The position numbers and the translations under genes are program-made. 49,321 bases of DNA from contig JYFJ02002898.1 in NCBI GenBank assembly GCA_000934665.2, positions 1 through 49,321 of the forward strand, in the 5' to 3' direction. Shown here piece after piece: positions 26,255 to 38,298 of this stretch (position 1 is its first letter; every line of letters begins with the position of its first letter). This DNA is from Catajapyx aquilonaris (taxonomy: Eukaryota). The notes under the pieces were generated by a model, which had not been told where the DNA came from, did not search any database, and worked only from the letters and a program-made list of their open reading frames with translations.

Positions 26255-27120
26255 ATGCGCCAAGCCGGACGCTTTTCCAGGAGTCCTGCTGCAGCCCTGG
26301 AGCTGAGTGCCTGGTAAGAACCAGTTGCCAGTGTTTGTCACCGCCTTTAGACCAGTGGCCTGGCTGGGAGTCTTTGGAGGAATCATGCTGTGTCCCTGGC
26401 CTAAGACGGATCCAACAAAAAGGCGGTGCAGCGGACGGTGGCCTGGCTTGGTCCACCAGGGGATGCTGGCCATCTACGTCTCCTTCATCGCCATTCACAT
26501 CCCTCCTCAGGGGAGGAGAATATGGGGCATATTGTGAGGGATTGTAGGGTAATGAAGGAGGAGAGGAGGAAATGGATACCGGCGGTGGAGGAGATGGAGG
26601 ATGAGGAAGTGTATAGCTTTGTAAAGAATGTAAGAAAAAGGGGTGCTCTGTGTTGTTATTTGTACGGGATGGTGAAAAAGAGGAGAGATACTATTTTGGA
26701 AAGAAAGGGGGAGGGGTTGAGTGTGAATGGAAATGTGTAAATGTAAATGTGTATTAAATGTAAATGTAAATGTAAACCTGCGAAGGAGGAGGAGGGTCGG
26801 CCAAGCGGCATGCGCTGCAGGCCGACGGTCTAAATAAAGCGAAAAAAAAAACAAAACAAACACATCCCTCCTCAGCTGGCCCATCTGACCAACCAGTGTC
26901 ACCTTACTGGCCTACTTTGGCACCACCAGGTTCGGCCCATGGATCGATCGTCTTCTGCTTGCTCCTGGCCTGGACACTCATCAGGGACATGTCGGACGTT
27001 CAGGTGCGTCTGGACCACCCACAGCTTCAGGATACACTCTGCTCTGTTCGTCTTCACTTGCTGGGCTTTTATTAGTTCAATCCTTCCCTTCATTTCAATT
27101 TACGAATCCACTGGCGGAGA
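26255..27120 (+). pseudogene. Truncated, disrupted duplicate of exon 1 of the GR at 34287
   Basis: Near-identical to 34287-34812 (PGKNQLPVFVTAFRPVAWLGVFGGIMLCPWPKTDPTKRRCS) with small deletions and frameshifts and a 350-bp LINE insertion; homology stops after CCACTGGCGGAGA at 27120. Confidence 0.92.
26511..26860 (+). mobile_element. 5'-truncated LINE 3' end inserted in GR pseudogene
   Basis: 15-bp TSD CACATCCCTCCTCAG (26496-26510, 26861-26875); ORF2 C-terminal knuckle remnant GEENMGHIVRDC; (AAATGT)n; GTCGGCC..GGCCGAC hairpin; AATAAA and A-rich tail. Confidence 0.9.
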
Positions 27121-27573
27121 GGTGTAGCTGGTACCTGGCGGGTTCATCCTTTGCGGACGTCTGTCTCCGTGATTAGCTTCAAAACCCTCCCACACTTGAC
27201 TGATGTTAAAGGGCGCTGAGTATAACTAACTTCAGTGCGACATATTTGGAACAGTAATTGTCTTCATGCTAGTATAATTCTGACGTTAGTGTCATGTTGT
27301 CCATCCTTACTCGCCCAGTTACAATATGGTTGAGGCCACTGCTGTTGTTCCGACATTGAAGGTCGAATAAATCAGTCAATCAACAAGTAAGGTGACCTCT
27401 CACGTACAGTAAGATGTATTATTGAAGGATAATTATGGGCCTCGTATATGTGCTCTTAAACGTGTACGTAAATTGCAACGTTCACACCAGCACACACACA
27501 CTCGTCTCACTGACTATGCACGTAAATGTGCGCCTAATCAGGGTGTTAGTAACGGAACTATCAAAGCACTCGG

Positions 27574-27895
27574 ATCCCACTTCTGACAGCACGTGTGACC
27601 ATGGCTGGCACGAAAAAACTGCGTTTCGAATGCTAAGAATAGTTTATTATCAGTACAAAATGTATATCACAAGGCAATAAGGAGATAGCAGAGGTAGGAA
27701 TGGTTATGGTAGGATGTGGGTAGGGTGACGGCTCAGCAAGGACTGGTCACGAGTCAGAAAGCGCTCCCGCTTATATAGGGGAGGTGCAAGGTGACATGGG
27801 AGAGTGGACCGAGGTCGAGCACTTGACCATCAGGGAAGGACTCACCGCAGGCAGGAAGATGCAACATAATACATGCATGGCATAATACTGTCACA
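27574..27895 (-). mobile_element. 5' LTR plus tRNA-Leu PBS of a second, truncated LTR retrotransposon
   Basis: LTR 27594-27895 (TGTGAC..GTCACA), minus-strand TATATAA near 27773 and AATAAA near 27645; PBS TGCTGTCAGAAGTGGGAT (17/18 match to the PBS at 23533) at 27591-27574. Confidence 0.75.
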
Positions 27896-27913
27896 ATATC
27901 AGAAAACTTGTCC

Positions 27914-28346
27914 AGCTACGAAGATCACTCACCTGACAATCATGAAGCTAACAGCAATATATAGAGGCGAAAAGGTCCCATCCGGCATCATGTCAGGGAC
28001 AGAACAAACCCACGACAGTCGCATGGAAATAAACGTGTTAGGCGAATAACTTATCTAAAGAGTACATTTCGGCCTCACATTACATGAGCGCCTGCCGTAA
28101 AATATCACTCTAATTGCGAACATAAGTCGCGAATCGGAGTCACTTAATAGAGCTACGAAGGTCACCTCACAATCATGAAGCTATGCATGTTGAGTTTGGA
28201 GATAAATTATACCAGCAATATATAGAGGCGAAATTGTCCCATCCGGCATTATGTCAGGGACATGCAGAACAAACCCACGACAGTCGCATGGAAAAAACGT
28301 GTTAGGAGAATCACTTATCTCAAGAGTACATTGCGACCTCGCATTT
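27914..28346 (+). repeat. Diverged tandem duplication, period about 237 bp
   Basis: AGCTACGAAG..CAATCATGAAGCTA..CAGCAATATATAGAGGCGAAA..CAGAACAAACCCACGACAGTCGCATGGAAA occurs twice (about 27914-28080 and 28151-28346). Confidence 0.85.
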
Positions 28347-28802
28347 AAACATGTACTGTGCAAAGTGCAGTGAAAAAAACCCACCAGAACTTATAGGCTG
28401 CGTATGGCTAAATGGGGTGTGAGTCTCCTACCGCCATAAGAATCTCGTGATTGTGGCTGATTACCCAGCCTAGTAATCAAGGTTGCCACTGGTTACTTCC
28501 GCTAACAGTCAGGTATCCAGTGGTTATTACTGCACTCCAATGCAGCATTGCTCCAGTATAATTATAACCCAACAATCTTATCCGCCAAATATGTTGTGGT
28601 AGAGATACGGGTAGTGGAGACCGGGACACAGTGGTCAAATCGTTCGTCAGCTGTCGACGTGTAGCAAGTTTGGCACTCATTCTTTCGGCGGATGTTGTGA
28701 TGTTTGGCATTCGCAATCCTCTAGGTTGACCAATGGTCACGATTGATGGTGTCTAGTTGACATTGGCAAGCGATTCAGAAATAGTTTTAAAATTATGTCG
28801 CA

Positions 28803-29336
28803 TTAATATGGAATGTCAAAAATTAGAGAACATGGATTGACGCCATTAGCAATAGCAACAGCAAATGAAATAGCGAAGACACCGTAATCAACACCATTAG
28901 ACTGCTGCTGCACGTCCTCGGAGATGATTGGAGGATGGTTATGAAATAAACGATCAAAGTAGTTGATCTGATCTTTCGTGAGATTATTAACCCTACTTGG
29001 GTTGGCACTGTCATAAACATGAATGGCACACATGTCATGAAAAGTGCATATCCAGTGACTGTTGATGCCCTGCCAGGCAGGATCTGGATATGCGGGAGAG
29101 CTGATCCGAGTTATGTAATTGAGCAGGTCCCAATCATAAATGAACAAAACATTCTGCATCCTGTAAGGTATTTGAGCTTCCAGGGTGGCATGGAAGGTGG
29201 TGATGTGGTCATCTGACAGGCACACGTTGGAGGTGACCTCACTCAGAGATGATCCTGACAAAGTGTGCATCACTGCCATATTTAGAAATGAGCAAGCAAA
29301 AGAAAGCAAGAAACCCCAACAGCAAACCCGAGGCAC
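28803..29336 (-). pseudogene. Ulp1/C48-like cysteine protease fragment, probably transposon-borne, catalytic Cys replaced by Tyr
   Basis: LSDDHI..HWIC..VYDS..VQQQSNGVDYGVFAISFA matches the H-D-Q-C order of Ulp1 proteases with DYG in place of DCG; intronless; interrupts the local host repeat (about 28593-29640). Confidence 0.75.
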
Positions 29337-30559
29337 CCTTGGAGAGAATAAGCGATGAGTTTAAGGAGGGTGACCTCAATCGACCCCAAGATACGCCTGC
29401 ACCTTGTCTTTCTGAGCACTGACCAAGGAGTTATGGACCGTGCGGTCTGATCGCACGCCCAGCTGGAGACTTACTGTTGGTACTGGGTTATTATTTTGAA
29501 CTGTTTGGTGATTTCTGTCGAATCCTGTTTGCCCGATCAACCGGTCGCTGTTCGCAGTCCTGCTCAGTTGTTCACGCTTCTATAGGGGGTTGCTAGTGAG
29601 GTGGGACAAACATATGTACGAACTTTGAGCTCTATGTATATAAGGGTTATATTTATTATTAGCAAATTATAATGAACACAAAAGATCTTGTCTATATACT
29701 CTATATGACAAACAGTGGAATCAATGGTAAATTTTTTGTGAGAGTATGTACTTGTGATTTCGGAGTGAGAATTTTTCATTTCCATTGATTACATACGTAC
29801 GTATTTACCAACGCTGCTCATCCTCACCGTATGTATTCGGTATTGTCTTTTATTGTGATCGGAAATGGCGGTAAAGTCGCAGTCAGTTTTCAAAGGTGCA
29901 TGTGTAGCAGACGTTACAATGTAAGTCGGACACTTTTTTTAAACAATTGTTATTACAACAAAACCAATGATAGTTTAAATTCGTGTTTCGTCATGGCAGA
30001 TCATAAAAGTATCATATATGTGTGGTGACTCGCTGGAATGTCGTACTGTACGTACCATACACAGTTTTTCAGAGGCAGTGGAACTAATCTACATGCCAAT
30101 GCGCGTTACCAAGAGCTAATAAGGTATTAGCTCTTGGCGTTACTTATTACAAGAATATACTTAGAAATACATGCAGAATACATACATGAAAGAGTTATAG
30201 AAAATTCGCACCTTGGTCGGTTGTTATATTTTTAAAATGAAATTGGTTAATTTGGGTGTTCCAGACGTCAATATGTGGCGCTCATAAATCGAAATGGACC
30301 TCATTTTAGGCTGAGGTCAGCTGAGGTTATGATTAGAGTAGATGAGGAGGATGAATGCAATAATACTACTGAAAGTGTAATATTCGTGACACTCTGTGGT
30401 GTGCTGTGCGATTTTCTCTATTGAGATTTATCGACCTTTGGCAAATCGAGTTGGTCTGGAACTTGCGTCTCTGGTGCTACGATTTCCTTCCTTCATTCGT
30501 AATGTATTGAATCGCTTGGAGTTCAGATCCGCCACGGGATCGCTTGTAATTCTTCTGCT

Positions 30560-31561
30560 TCCGGCTAGTCTGTCCTTACCACCGTATGTGGCAGAAGGAT
30601 TATGTATGAATTGTCACTGTGTTAATGTGTGGGAAATGACTCTGTGTTCCTTGATCTTTGCACGCCAGTCTTTGCTGTCCACTGCTGCTTTCTTTCTTTT
30701 TCCACGCCCATCCAAAGGAGACAAATTGACATCCTTAGCTTTTACATCCAATAATTGCACTCTGTTTCTGCTTATGACGTAAGTGTTGCACATTGTCGCA
30801 AGACATACACGTGCCTATGTACACCCGCGAGCATAAAGATGGAGACGGCAGCCCCTCACCTTCGGCAGGCTGCTCGGCCAATTTCAGCAATTGCTGTATC
30901 AAATATACTGTCATAAATACACGAACACACGCTTGAAGCAGCTAACTAAGTCCAAAAATAGTTCATTAATTTGAGCCGGATAAAGAAAGGTCAAAAAAGG
31001 GCCTGCCGTCTCCATCTTTATGCTCGCGGGGGTACCTTCAGGCAGAGGAATGTGATATCCAAATGGTGTTTTCCATTGTCCTTTAGGTTCCATGGAGACG
31101 ACGATTATGGGAAATGCTATATTCGTGTCTGGAGCTACACCTGCTGCGCACGGAACCCTTCTATTGCATAGAAGTCATTGAATTGCTCCTCTTAAGTAAG
31201 CCATCGTTAGTGTACATCAATCAAAAGGGTTACTTGCGAGCTATCTGGATAATTATTCTGGAATAATAATGATATGCAGCAATGAGCATTGATTATTATA
31301 CGTGACATGCTTTTCTTTGCCCTAATAGGCCTACCAGCACATCTCTTTTGGTGGACTCTTTCCCGGATTGGCTTTTCCTGCAGTAGTGGTATATGCTTGA
31401 CCTGTATTCCTCAGCAGCTTATCCTTATTTCTGTCCCATTCCGCCGGCCTTGCTATTTTTGTAGGCAAGTGTCGGTAGGTAAGTCCGACATGTCTAACTT
31501 CCAGTTGGTTCAACTTGATACTGGCACTTGCCTTGTTTTGGCATGCACAAAAGTGGGACAT
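30560..31561 (-). mobile_element. Decayed DNA-transposase N-terminal region (Sola-like), interrupted by a MITE
   Basis: Motifs in order: KLLRNTGQAYTTTAGK; FGYHIPLPEG/[MITE]/T*ARVCLATMCNTYVISRNRV; SPLDGRGKR..KIKEH. Superfamily assigned from recalled motif pattern only. Confidence 0.5.
30822..31032. mobile_element. MITE, TA-flanked (Tc1/mariner-type), copy 2
   Basis: 30-bp TIR CACCCGCGAGCATAAAGATGGAGACGGCAG with one mismatch; TA at 30820-30821 and 31033-31034. Confidence 0.9.
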
Positions 31562-34286
31562 AATTATATCAAAGGGTATAGAGTGATATTGTAATTATTT
31601 ACCTTCTTCATAATTTTGTAAGCACGTATGCTGGTGTCATAATGCAAAATCATTTGTAGTGCTGTCTGCCCCGCCGAATTATGTTATTATAATCAACTGG
31701 GCTGTTGGAGTCGTACCAAACCTTTTCCGTGTCTCCTGCTGTCCTTCTGGATTTAATCCCGGAATTTTACCTCGGTTATTGTTGAACACCCTGCGTAGTG
31801 ATGATGACCATATTCCTGACGTTGGCGGTTATGATTCACACAACTATGGTTCTTTGGTTATGTCTCGATTTCTCACATGAATTCTTGATTCAGAAGCTAT
31901 TCGAAAATCGGTGTGCTTCAGAGAAGGGGAGGATCCATTTTTCTTCAAAAATTACGAGATATCGTCGTCATATAACTACTTTGATCAAATTCACTGTTCT
32001 CTCTTGGAGGTTATGACAGTAATAATGAGGCAGTGTTACACTCACTGCTGACTTATGACTCGTTCATATAAATGCTTTTAAATCAGGCTTTCCTGACTCA
32101 CCCGGCATGCTGAAAAGATTATTAGGCAAGTATTTAAAAAAGGATTTGACTTGCACTTATTTGGTTTATTCCCAAGTACAAATTGATAAAAACAATACGT
32201 CATGGGATACCTTCGCGAGCATTGTTTTCAGTCCATAAAAATATAAACCCACAAATGTAGGCTATATGACGAATCATGCCCTTCACTCGACGCATGTCAC
32301 AATATAATTTATTAAACCCTCTGTTATGTGTTATGTGTATTTGAGGTACATGGTAGTGGAATCTTAATATTTCGCTCTTGTTTGTTGTTAAAATAATGAG
32401 TTGGACACATCAAGGCGACGCGACGCCTGGGTTGTCAATTACCCAACAAGTTTATTAATCGCTTTAATTTAAAGGAACTTTCTGAGTGAGGAGTACTCAT
32501 CGATGACTTTTAAGGTCACGGCAGGGAATATTGTGATCGCAATTGATGCATAAGGATTCTTATGATGATACTGTCCGAACTCAGGTTGGTTCCATGCGCG
32601 TCATTGTACGCCTTGCCAGTGGTCAATGCCACGACAGTTCAAATTTTGCAAATTTTTCAGATTTCCTTGGGAAATTATAGGCGTCTTTCCCGTAATTTCT
32701 TGTCTTTGGTTTTCCACAATATGAATTTTACTGGAAGCCTCGTAGAAACTAATGCATTTCATTTCAATTAAGAGGCCTGTTTCTATTCGAGCCTTTTGTC
32801 GTACTAACAAGTAAGTACACAGTAAGTTGACAGTTGTTCATTAGATCCTCCCGGGCGTGATTTTTATGAACAAAATAAGCTGTAATATGAATATGAATAA
32901 ATCATAAAGGCGAACATATTAAGTATAAATAAAATATAAATTATAAAGTGAATGATGGCTCTTACATTATTTGGCGTTTTAATTTATTTTCTCTTCGCTT
33001 ACGTAATTTCATAGAAGGAGAATGTTTGGGTTGTCACTGCAGACAATTTAACAGGATAAAGCAACATACCCTGTAGCCGTGACTCCAGTGTAGCGTCATC
33101 AGGACGCGATTGTCCAGTACTGATATTTTATTCCACGTGTGACACTACTTTCATTTTGATTTTGCATCTTGGGAACCACCCATCATTGCTTCATGGTGCT
33201 TCGAAAGGAGGCGAGTCTTTCGAAGTCGTCTTTATTTTCCGTATGTCTGTGGTGGTCCATTGATGGGCGAACTGAACGTCTCTTGTTTCCAGAAATAAGG
33301 ACAAAAATTGCCGCAAGGGGCAATGAGAATCAGGTTTTGGTAAAAATGAGAGAGCGGGTCATAAAATGTGCGTCGGCATATTAGTCAAGTAGTACTGGAA
33401 TGTTTTGTATATAATAACTTTCTGCACATTGAAATCCCAAAGATGAATATGTTTATTAAGCAATATGAGATATTCCCCAAATCGTCGTAGAGTTTTAATT
33501 TTTCTGATACTCAAGCACGTTAGACTACTGAAAGAAATATTACAAAAGAATTCCTCCTTACGTAGATGACATAATGCTTATCTTTCCACCCAGTTTTTGA
33601 AAGTCGTATTTTGGTCATTATTTCTGGGTGAATCTAGCTGAACCACCATGTTCCTTCCAACACTGGCCATAATATATATTACAAGTGGATCATACAATAA
33701 TATTGAATATGTTCCATACAATGAGACTCCTGTTAGATGTAATTTAAATCCTGAGTTTCACATACATGTCAGATTCTATACATCTTATATTGCCCAATAT
33801 TTTAATTGATTGGGCATATGTCCGCTCAAGTGCAGTCCAGCGCAATAATTTACACCTCATCGCAGAAACTGTATGGTAACTGTATGGTGGTCTGCCACCC
33901 CCCTATAACGACCAAGTAGTTGTATCACGGGGTAAATAAAATAAAAATAAAATAAAAATAATATATTAGTCAAAACAATTACAGTACCACTACTTGTTGA
34001 AATTACTCGTATGTTCGTCATGCAACTGGGCTTTAAGGACTTTGTTTGCAGTGATTTTCTAATGCCATAATATTAACGCCCATATTTTTCGGCAGGGCTT
34101 GACATTATTTCAATATGCAATTTTTCAGCCAATGGACATCTGCCAAAAACACTATTTTTTCCTCTCAGGCACTGTAATGCATCAAGCTCATGACATACCT
34201 GCTTGAAAACACATGCATTAATAACAAGCTTATATGTCAAAAGCAGGCTGGATCGACGTTAAATAGTTGGTAAACAGGCCCTGACG

Positions 34287-35878
34287 ATGCCCCAAGCCGG
34301 ACGCTTTTCCAGGAGTCCAGCTGCAGCCCTGGAGCTGGGCTGGGTGCCTGGTAAGAACCAGCTGCCAGTGTTTGTCACCGCCTTTAGACCAGTGGCCTGG
34401 CTGGGAGTCTTTGGAGGAATCATGCTGTGTCCCTGGCCTAAGACGGACCCAACAAAAAGGCGGTGCAGCAGACGGTGGCCTGGCTTGGTCCACCTGGGGA
34501 TGCTGACGGTTTACGTCGCCCTCTTCGCCATTCACGTCCCTCCTCAGCTGGCCCATCTGACCAACCTGGGCTCCACTGCCAGAGTCACCTTCCTGGCCTA
34601 CTTTGCCACCACCAGACTCGGCCCATGGATCGTCTTCTGCTTGGTCCTTGCCAGGGCAGAACACGCCTGGACACTCATCAGGGACATGTCGGACGTCCTG
34701 GTGCGTCTGGACCATCGAAAGCTGCGGAGACACTCGTCTCTGTTCGTCTTTACGTGCTTTGCTCTTAGTACAATCCTTCCCTTCATTTCGATGTACGAAT
34801 CCACTGGCGGAGATCCCATTGGACTGATGTTCGCCATCACCACTTGGCACTGCGAATTTCTTCTGCACGTCGTACCCACGCACATCTCGTGTCTGGTGAT
34901 GTATCTGTGCACAATCATGAAGGAAGTCAATAAGGAAATAGGTGGGGCTTTCGATTGGATTCCATGTAATAAGGGAACGTCCCAGATCAGTTTGCTGAAA
35001 CTGGAGGCCTGCTTGGACCTGGTGGAACGCATATGCAGCGTGTACGGCTTGCCCATTGCGCTGCTCTACTTCATTTACCTGGTGTCCATTACATGCAATT
35101 CCTTTTACATTATACTGGTCGGATTCCAGCAGGACCATCCCGTGCTGAGCGCAATGACCGCCACTTTTGTCTGTAGTAAAGTGCTGTCGCTTGTGGCTTT
35201 CACTCTCATACTAAGCCAAGTGCCAAAAGAGGTAATGGTGTGTCAAATCCCATTTAACGTGCAACATAATGATGTCCGTTCTTTTTTGGCAGGCCATGTC
35301 GTCTTTTAAGGACCTCCTTCGCATTCGCCACATGTCCGTTAATCCAGGCGCCAGAAATCAGGTCAGTTGCACCTCACGTCTCTGCATGGAGGCTACTGTG
35401 CCCGAAATTTTGTCCTACAATCTAATCACATTTTTTGTAGGTTCGAACACTATTGCACAGATTGAGTGGTCCTCCTGTTCAAATCACGGCTGCCAACTTC
35501 TTTCCAATCAATCGTGGCCTTCTCACCTCGGTAAAGTACACGGAGCAATAATTTTCACTAAAAGAAAATTGTGGCACTAATATTTTTCGTTAATGGGAGA
35601 GTCTTACCCTGGAAGTCCTTGTGTTTTATAATGAGAAATGATCGTTAGAAGACATGTAGGATGCTCTGTCGTATTTGAGTGATTTTGTAGTTAAGATGGA
35701 GACAAACTGAAGGACATTCCTGACTTTCCTCTCCACATGTCATACCTTGTGGTTACATGTTGTTTTCTAATATGTCGTCGGTTAGATTTCAGGTGCTTTC
35801 ACCACTTACATCGTCGTCCTGGCGCAGTTCAGGGGCGCCGAAAATCGAACCTGCTCCTGCAACTCGACTTCGGCCTGA
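34287..35878 (+). CDS. Gustatory receptor (7tm_7 family), intact, about 398 aa
   Basis: Exons 34287-35231, 35293-35361, 35441-35530, 35786-35878; three phase-0 GT-AG introns and 69/90-nt middle exons identical in size to the paralogs; motifs ICSVYG, SGPPVQITAANFFPINRGLLTS, TTYIVVLAQF. Confidence 0.92.
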
Positions 35879-38298
35879 CCATCTCGCACATATTCCAGCA
35901 GCGTGTGACCAGAGTGTGTAGGCCTACTTTACATACCGTAGTGACATTTAAGATCCGAATGTCATTCAGAGTGGCGTTTGATTTACTTTGCTTCACGTTG
36001 CAGTTATTTGTGTATTGGTTGCCACTTGTCATGCATCTGCAATTCTGTAATGCTAGTTCATCGATTTCCTTTGACTGCGGCGCGGCGTGTCATTGTTGAT
36101 GAGAATTACCATTTTGTATCCGTCAATTGGCTTTCAATAAATATTGACATAAACACTCCTACTTCTGGGAATATTTAGTACGCAATCTGTCATTTTTCAA
36201 GTAGCTTTAATGATGTCCATGTAAAAAAAAATGTGTACTCCTTTCGCGTCCTTTAGAGACCCCCTTTAATTAGTCACACCGGGACTTTCCAGTCTGCTAG
36301 AGAACATTATGCTGGTACTGTACATCCACCTAGCTGGAATGGTCTAAGCTCTAAGATAAATTAGTCGAACTGTGACCATACATTGAACTCTCCAATACAA
36401 TCCTTCATGCGAGGGCCCTCTTCTTCATAACTGCAACCAATCTGGTGTATGTGAAAAAAATGCATTCGTGAAATCATTATTCCTGAGTATGCTAGTGAGT
36501 GTGCATCATTAATATCCCGCATCACTATCATACTTTGAGCTCTTTCTCATCCACCCATTATGCAGGCAGAGAGCAGCATTTTTTGTTAATGGAATTGTGT
36601 GCTGCTTGGGCAAACCAACATGAGAACACGTGCAATTGTGCATTATTACCAACATGTGACATTGTGGATTTCATTATTCCATTATTGACATTCGGAAAAT
36701 CGTAATTGGGTATGTTAGCTTTACCTTGTATGATTCCTTGTACCCAAAGGATAACGGCCGAATATTTGAGATGCCAGTGATGTACCTATTTTCTTTATTT
36801 TTTCTTGTCCAATCTGACGTCCATGGCCACCTCTTCTTAATCATTCCGTTTTCTGTGGGCAGATGTAGTACTGTCATGTTGTCATGTTGTCAAGCAGGTG
36901 ATAGTGATGTGATGTATCTACTGCGTGCCTAGAGGCGCGATATTTCTTCAATTTTCGGTTTCTGATAGTGGAGAAGCAGGTCTGCGTGTCTGTGCATGGC
37001 TATTTTTGTCGCTCCTCTGCGGTCAAGAATTTATTCATACATTTGATTCGACTTTTCTGACTCCTATAAATGATGTACGACATTTATTTACATTTTAAAA
37101 TTTCACTCGCGTCTTGGGTTTGCCCAAAATTATTCATTGATGACAGTTCTCTGTGTGCTTCTCATATTATGCTTAATACAGGTGTGTGATATTTTACAGT
37201 ACCGGTACCGTACATCATTGGAAGATTTAAGTTCTCTTTTAGATACGGTAAATACTGTGCACGTGGGCTTATTTTTTTTTATTCCAATACTTCGCCACTT
37301 CCTGCACTTGTTTGATTTGCAGTCCCCATGGTGGATTATCATTCCGCCAACTTCTCACATTATTCAGAAATTTGTGTGCATAACACGTGAGGAACGTGAA
37401 GATTTAATGTTTGGGTGTGTTAAAAGTTTGGACCGTAGTTTTTCACAAATGGACAACCGGAGCAATTACCCTGTACCATTTGTCATTACCCGTTGAGACA
37501 CGGAGCAAATGAGCACACGGAGTGTACGGCGTACTTCCGCATCATCATTTTTTATACCTTGAAACCATGTTAATATTAATCACGTCATTCTGGGAATGTA
37601 ATTCGGTTTAATTAAGTGTAGCACTCGCAACCTATAATGAATCACATACAGGGTGTATGATTAATCCCATTCACTTGAATGTAACTTTGTACCATTGCAA
37701 TTGGTTGCGTTTCACATTGTGCGATGCCAATTTCGCCGTGTTTGATGATCAATGAGACCTTCAACCTGCAACTGTTACATATTAATATTGCTTTATCATA
37801 ATAACCGTAGGTAATTCATTGCATTTGACAATGTCATTTCGAGAGATGCTGATTCCCATTTGGTACGTTTGTTGGCATATCCATAAAAACTTCATCGAAT
37901 GTGTATGGTGATCATTTTGTCATTGTTGCTGGTGCAATGTTGCAGATTTTCCTATCTAAGTACGTCTGTCTCCTACCTGAAGAAAACCTTTCCAACATGT
38001 GGGACCCTGACAGTAGACGAAGATACCGCCGGCATAGCTCTTGGGGTCATGAGAGAAGCACAAGACCACTGCGCTGTCCGTTGCAATTAAATAAGTACAT
38101 GTGTCAGCGTAAAAAAAAACCGGGAAGAAGAACACACAGGTTTCTCCACTCCGATCGAGATTTCTAATATTTCTTCAGAAGTTTCGATGTTTACATATAT
38201 GCAATTAATGTACTCGTAGGTATGTGTAAGTTAGGCTAGTTTTTGTTTAGTGCAATTAGATTATATTGAGAAAGATATTTATCGCGAAATAACAAACT

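Noticed and set aside
34230..35138. 302-aa minus-strand ORF
   Set aside because: Antisense shadow of GR exon 1 with no domain features.
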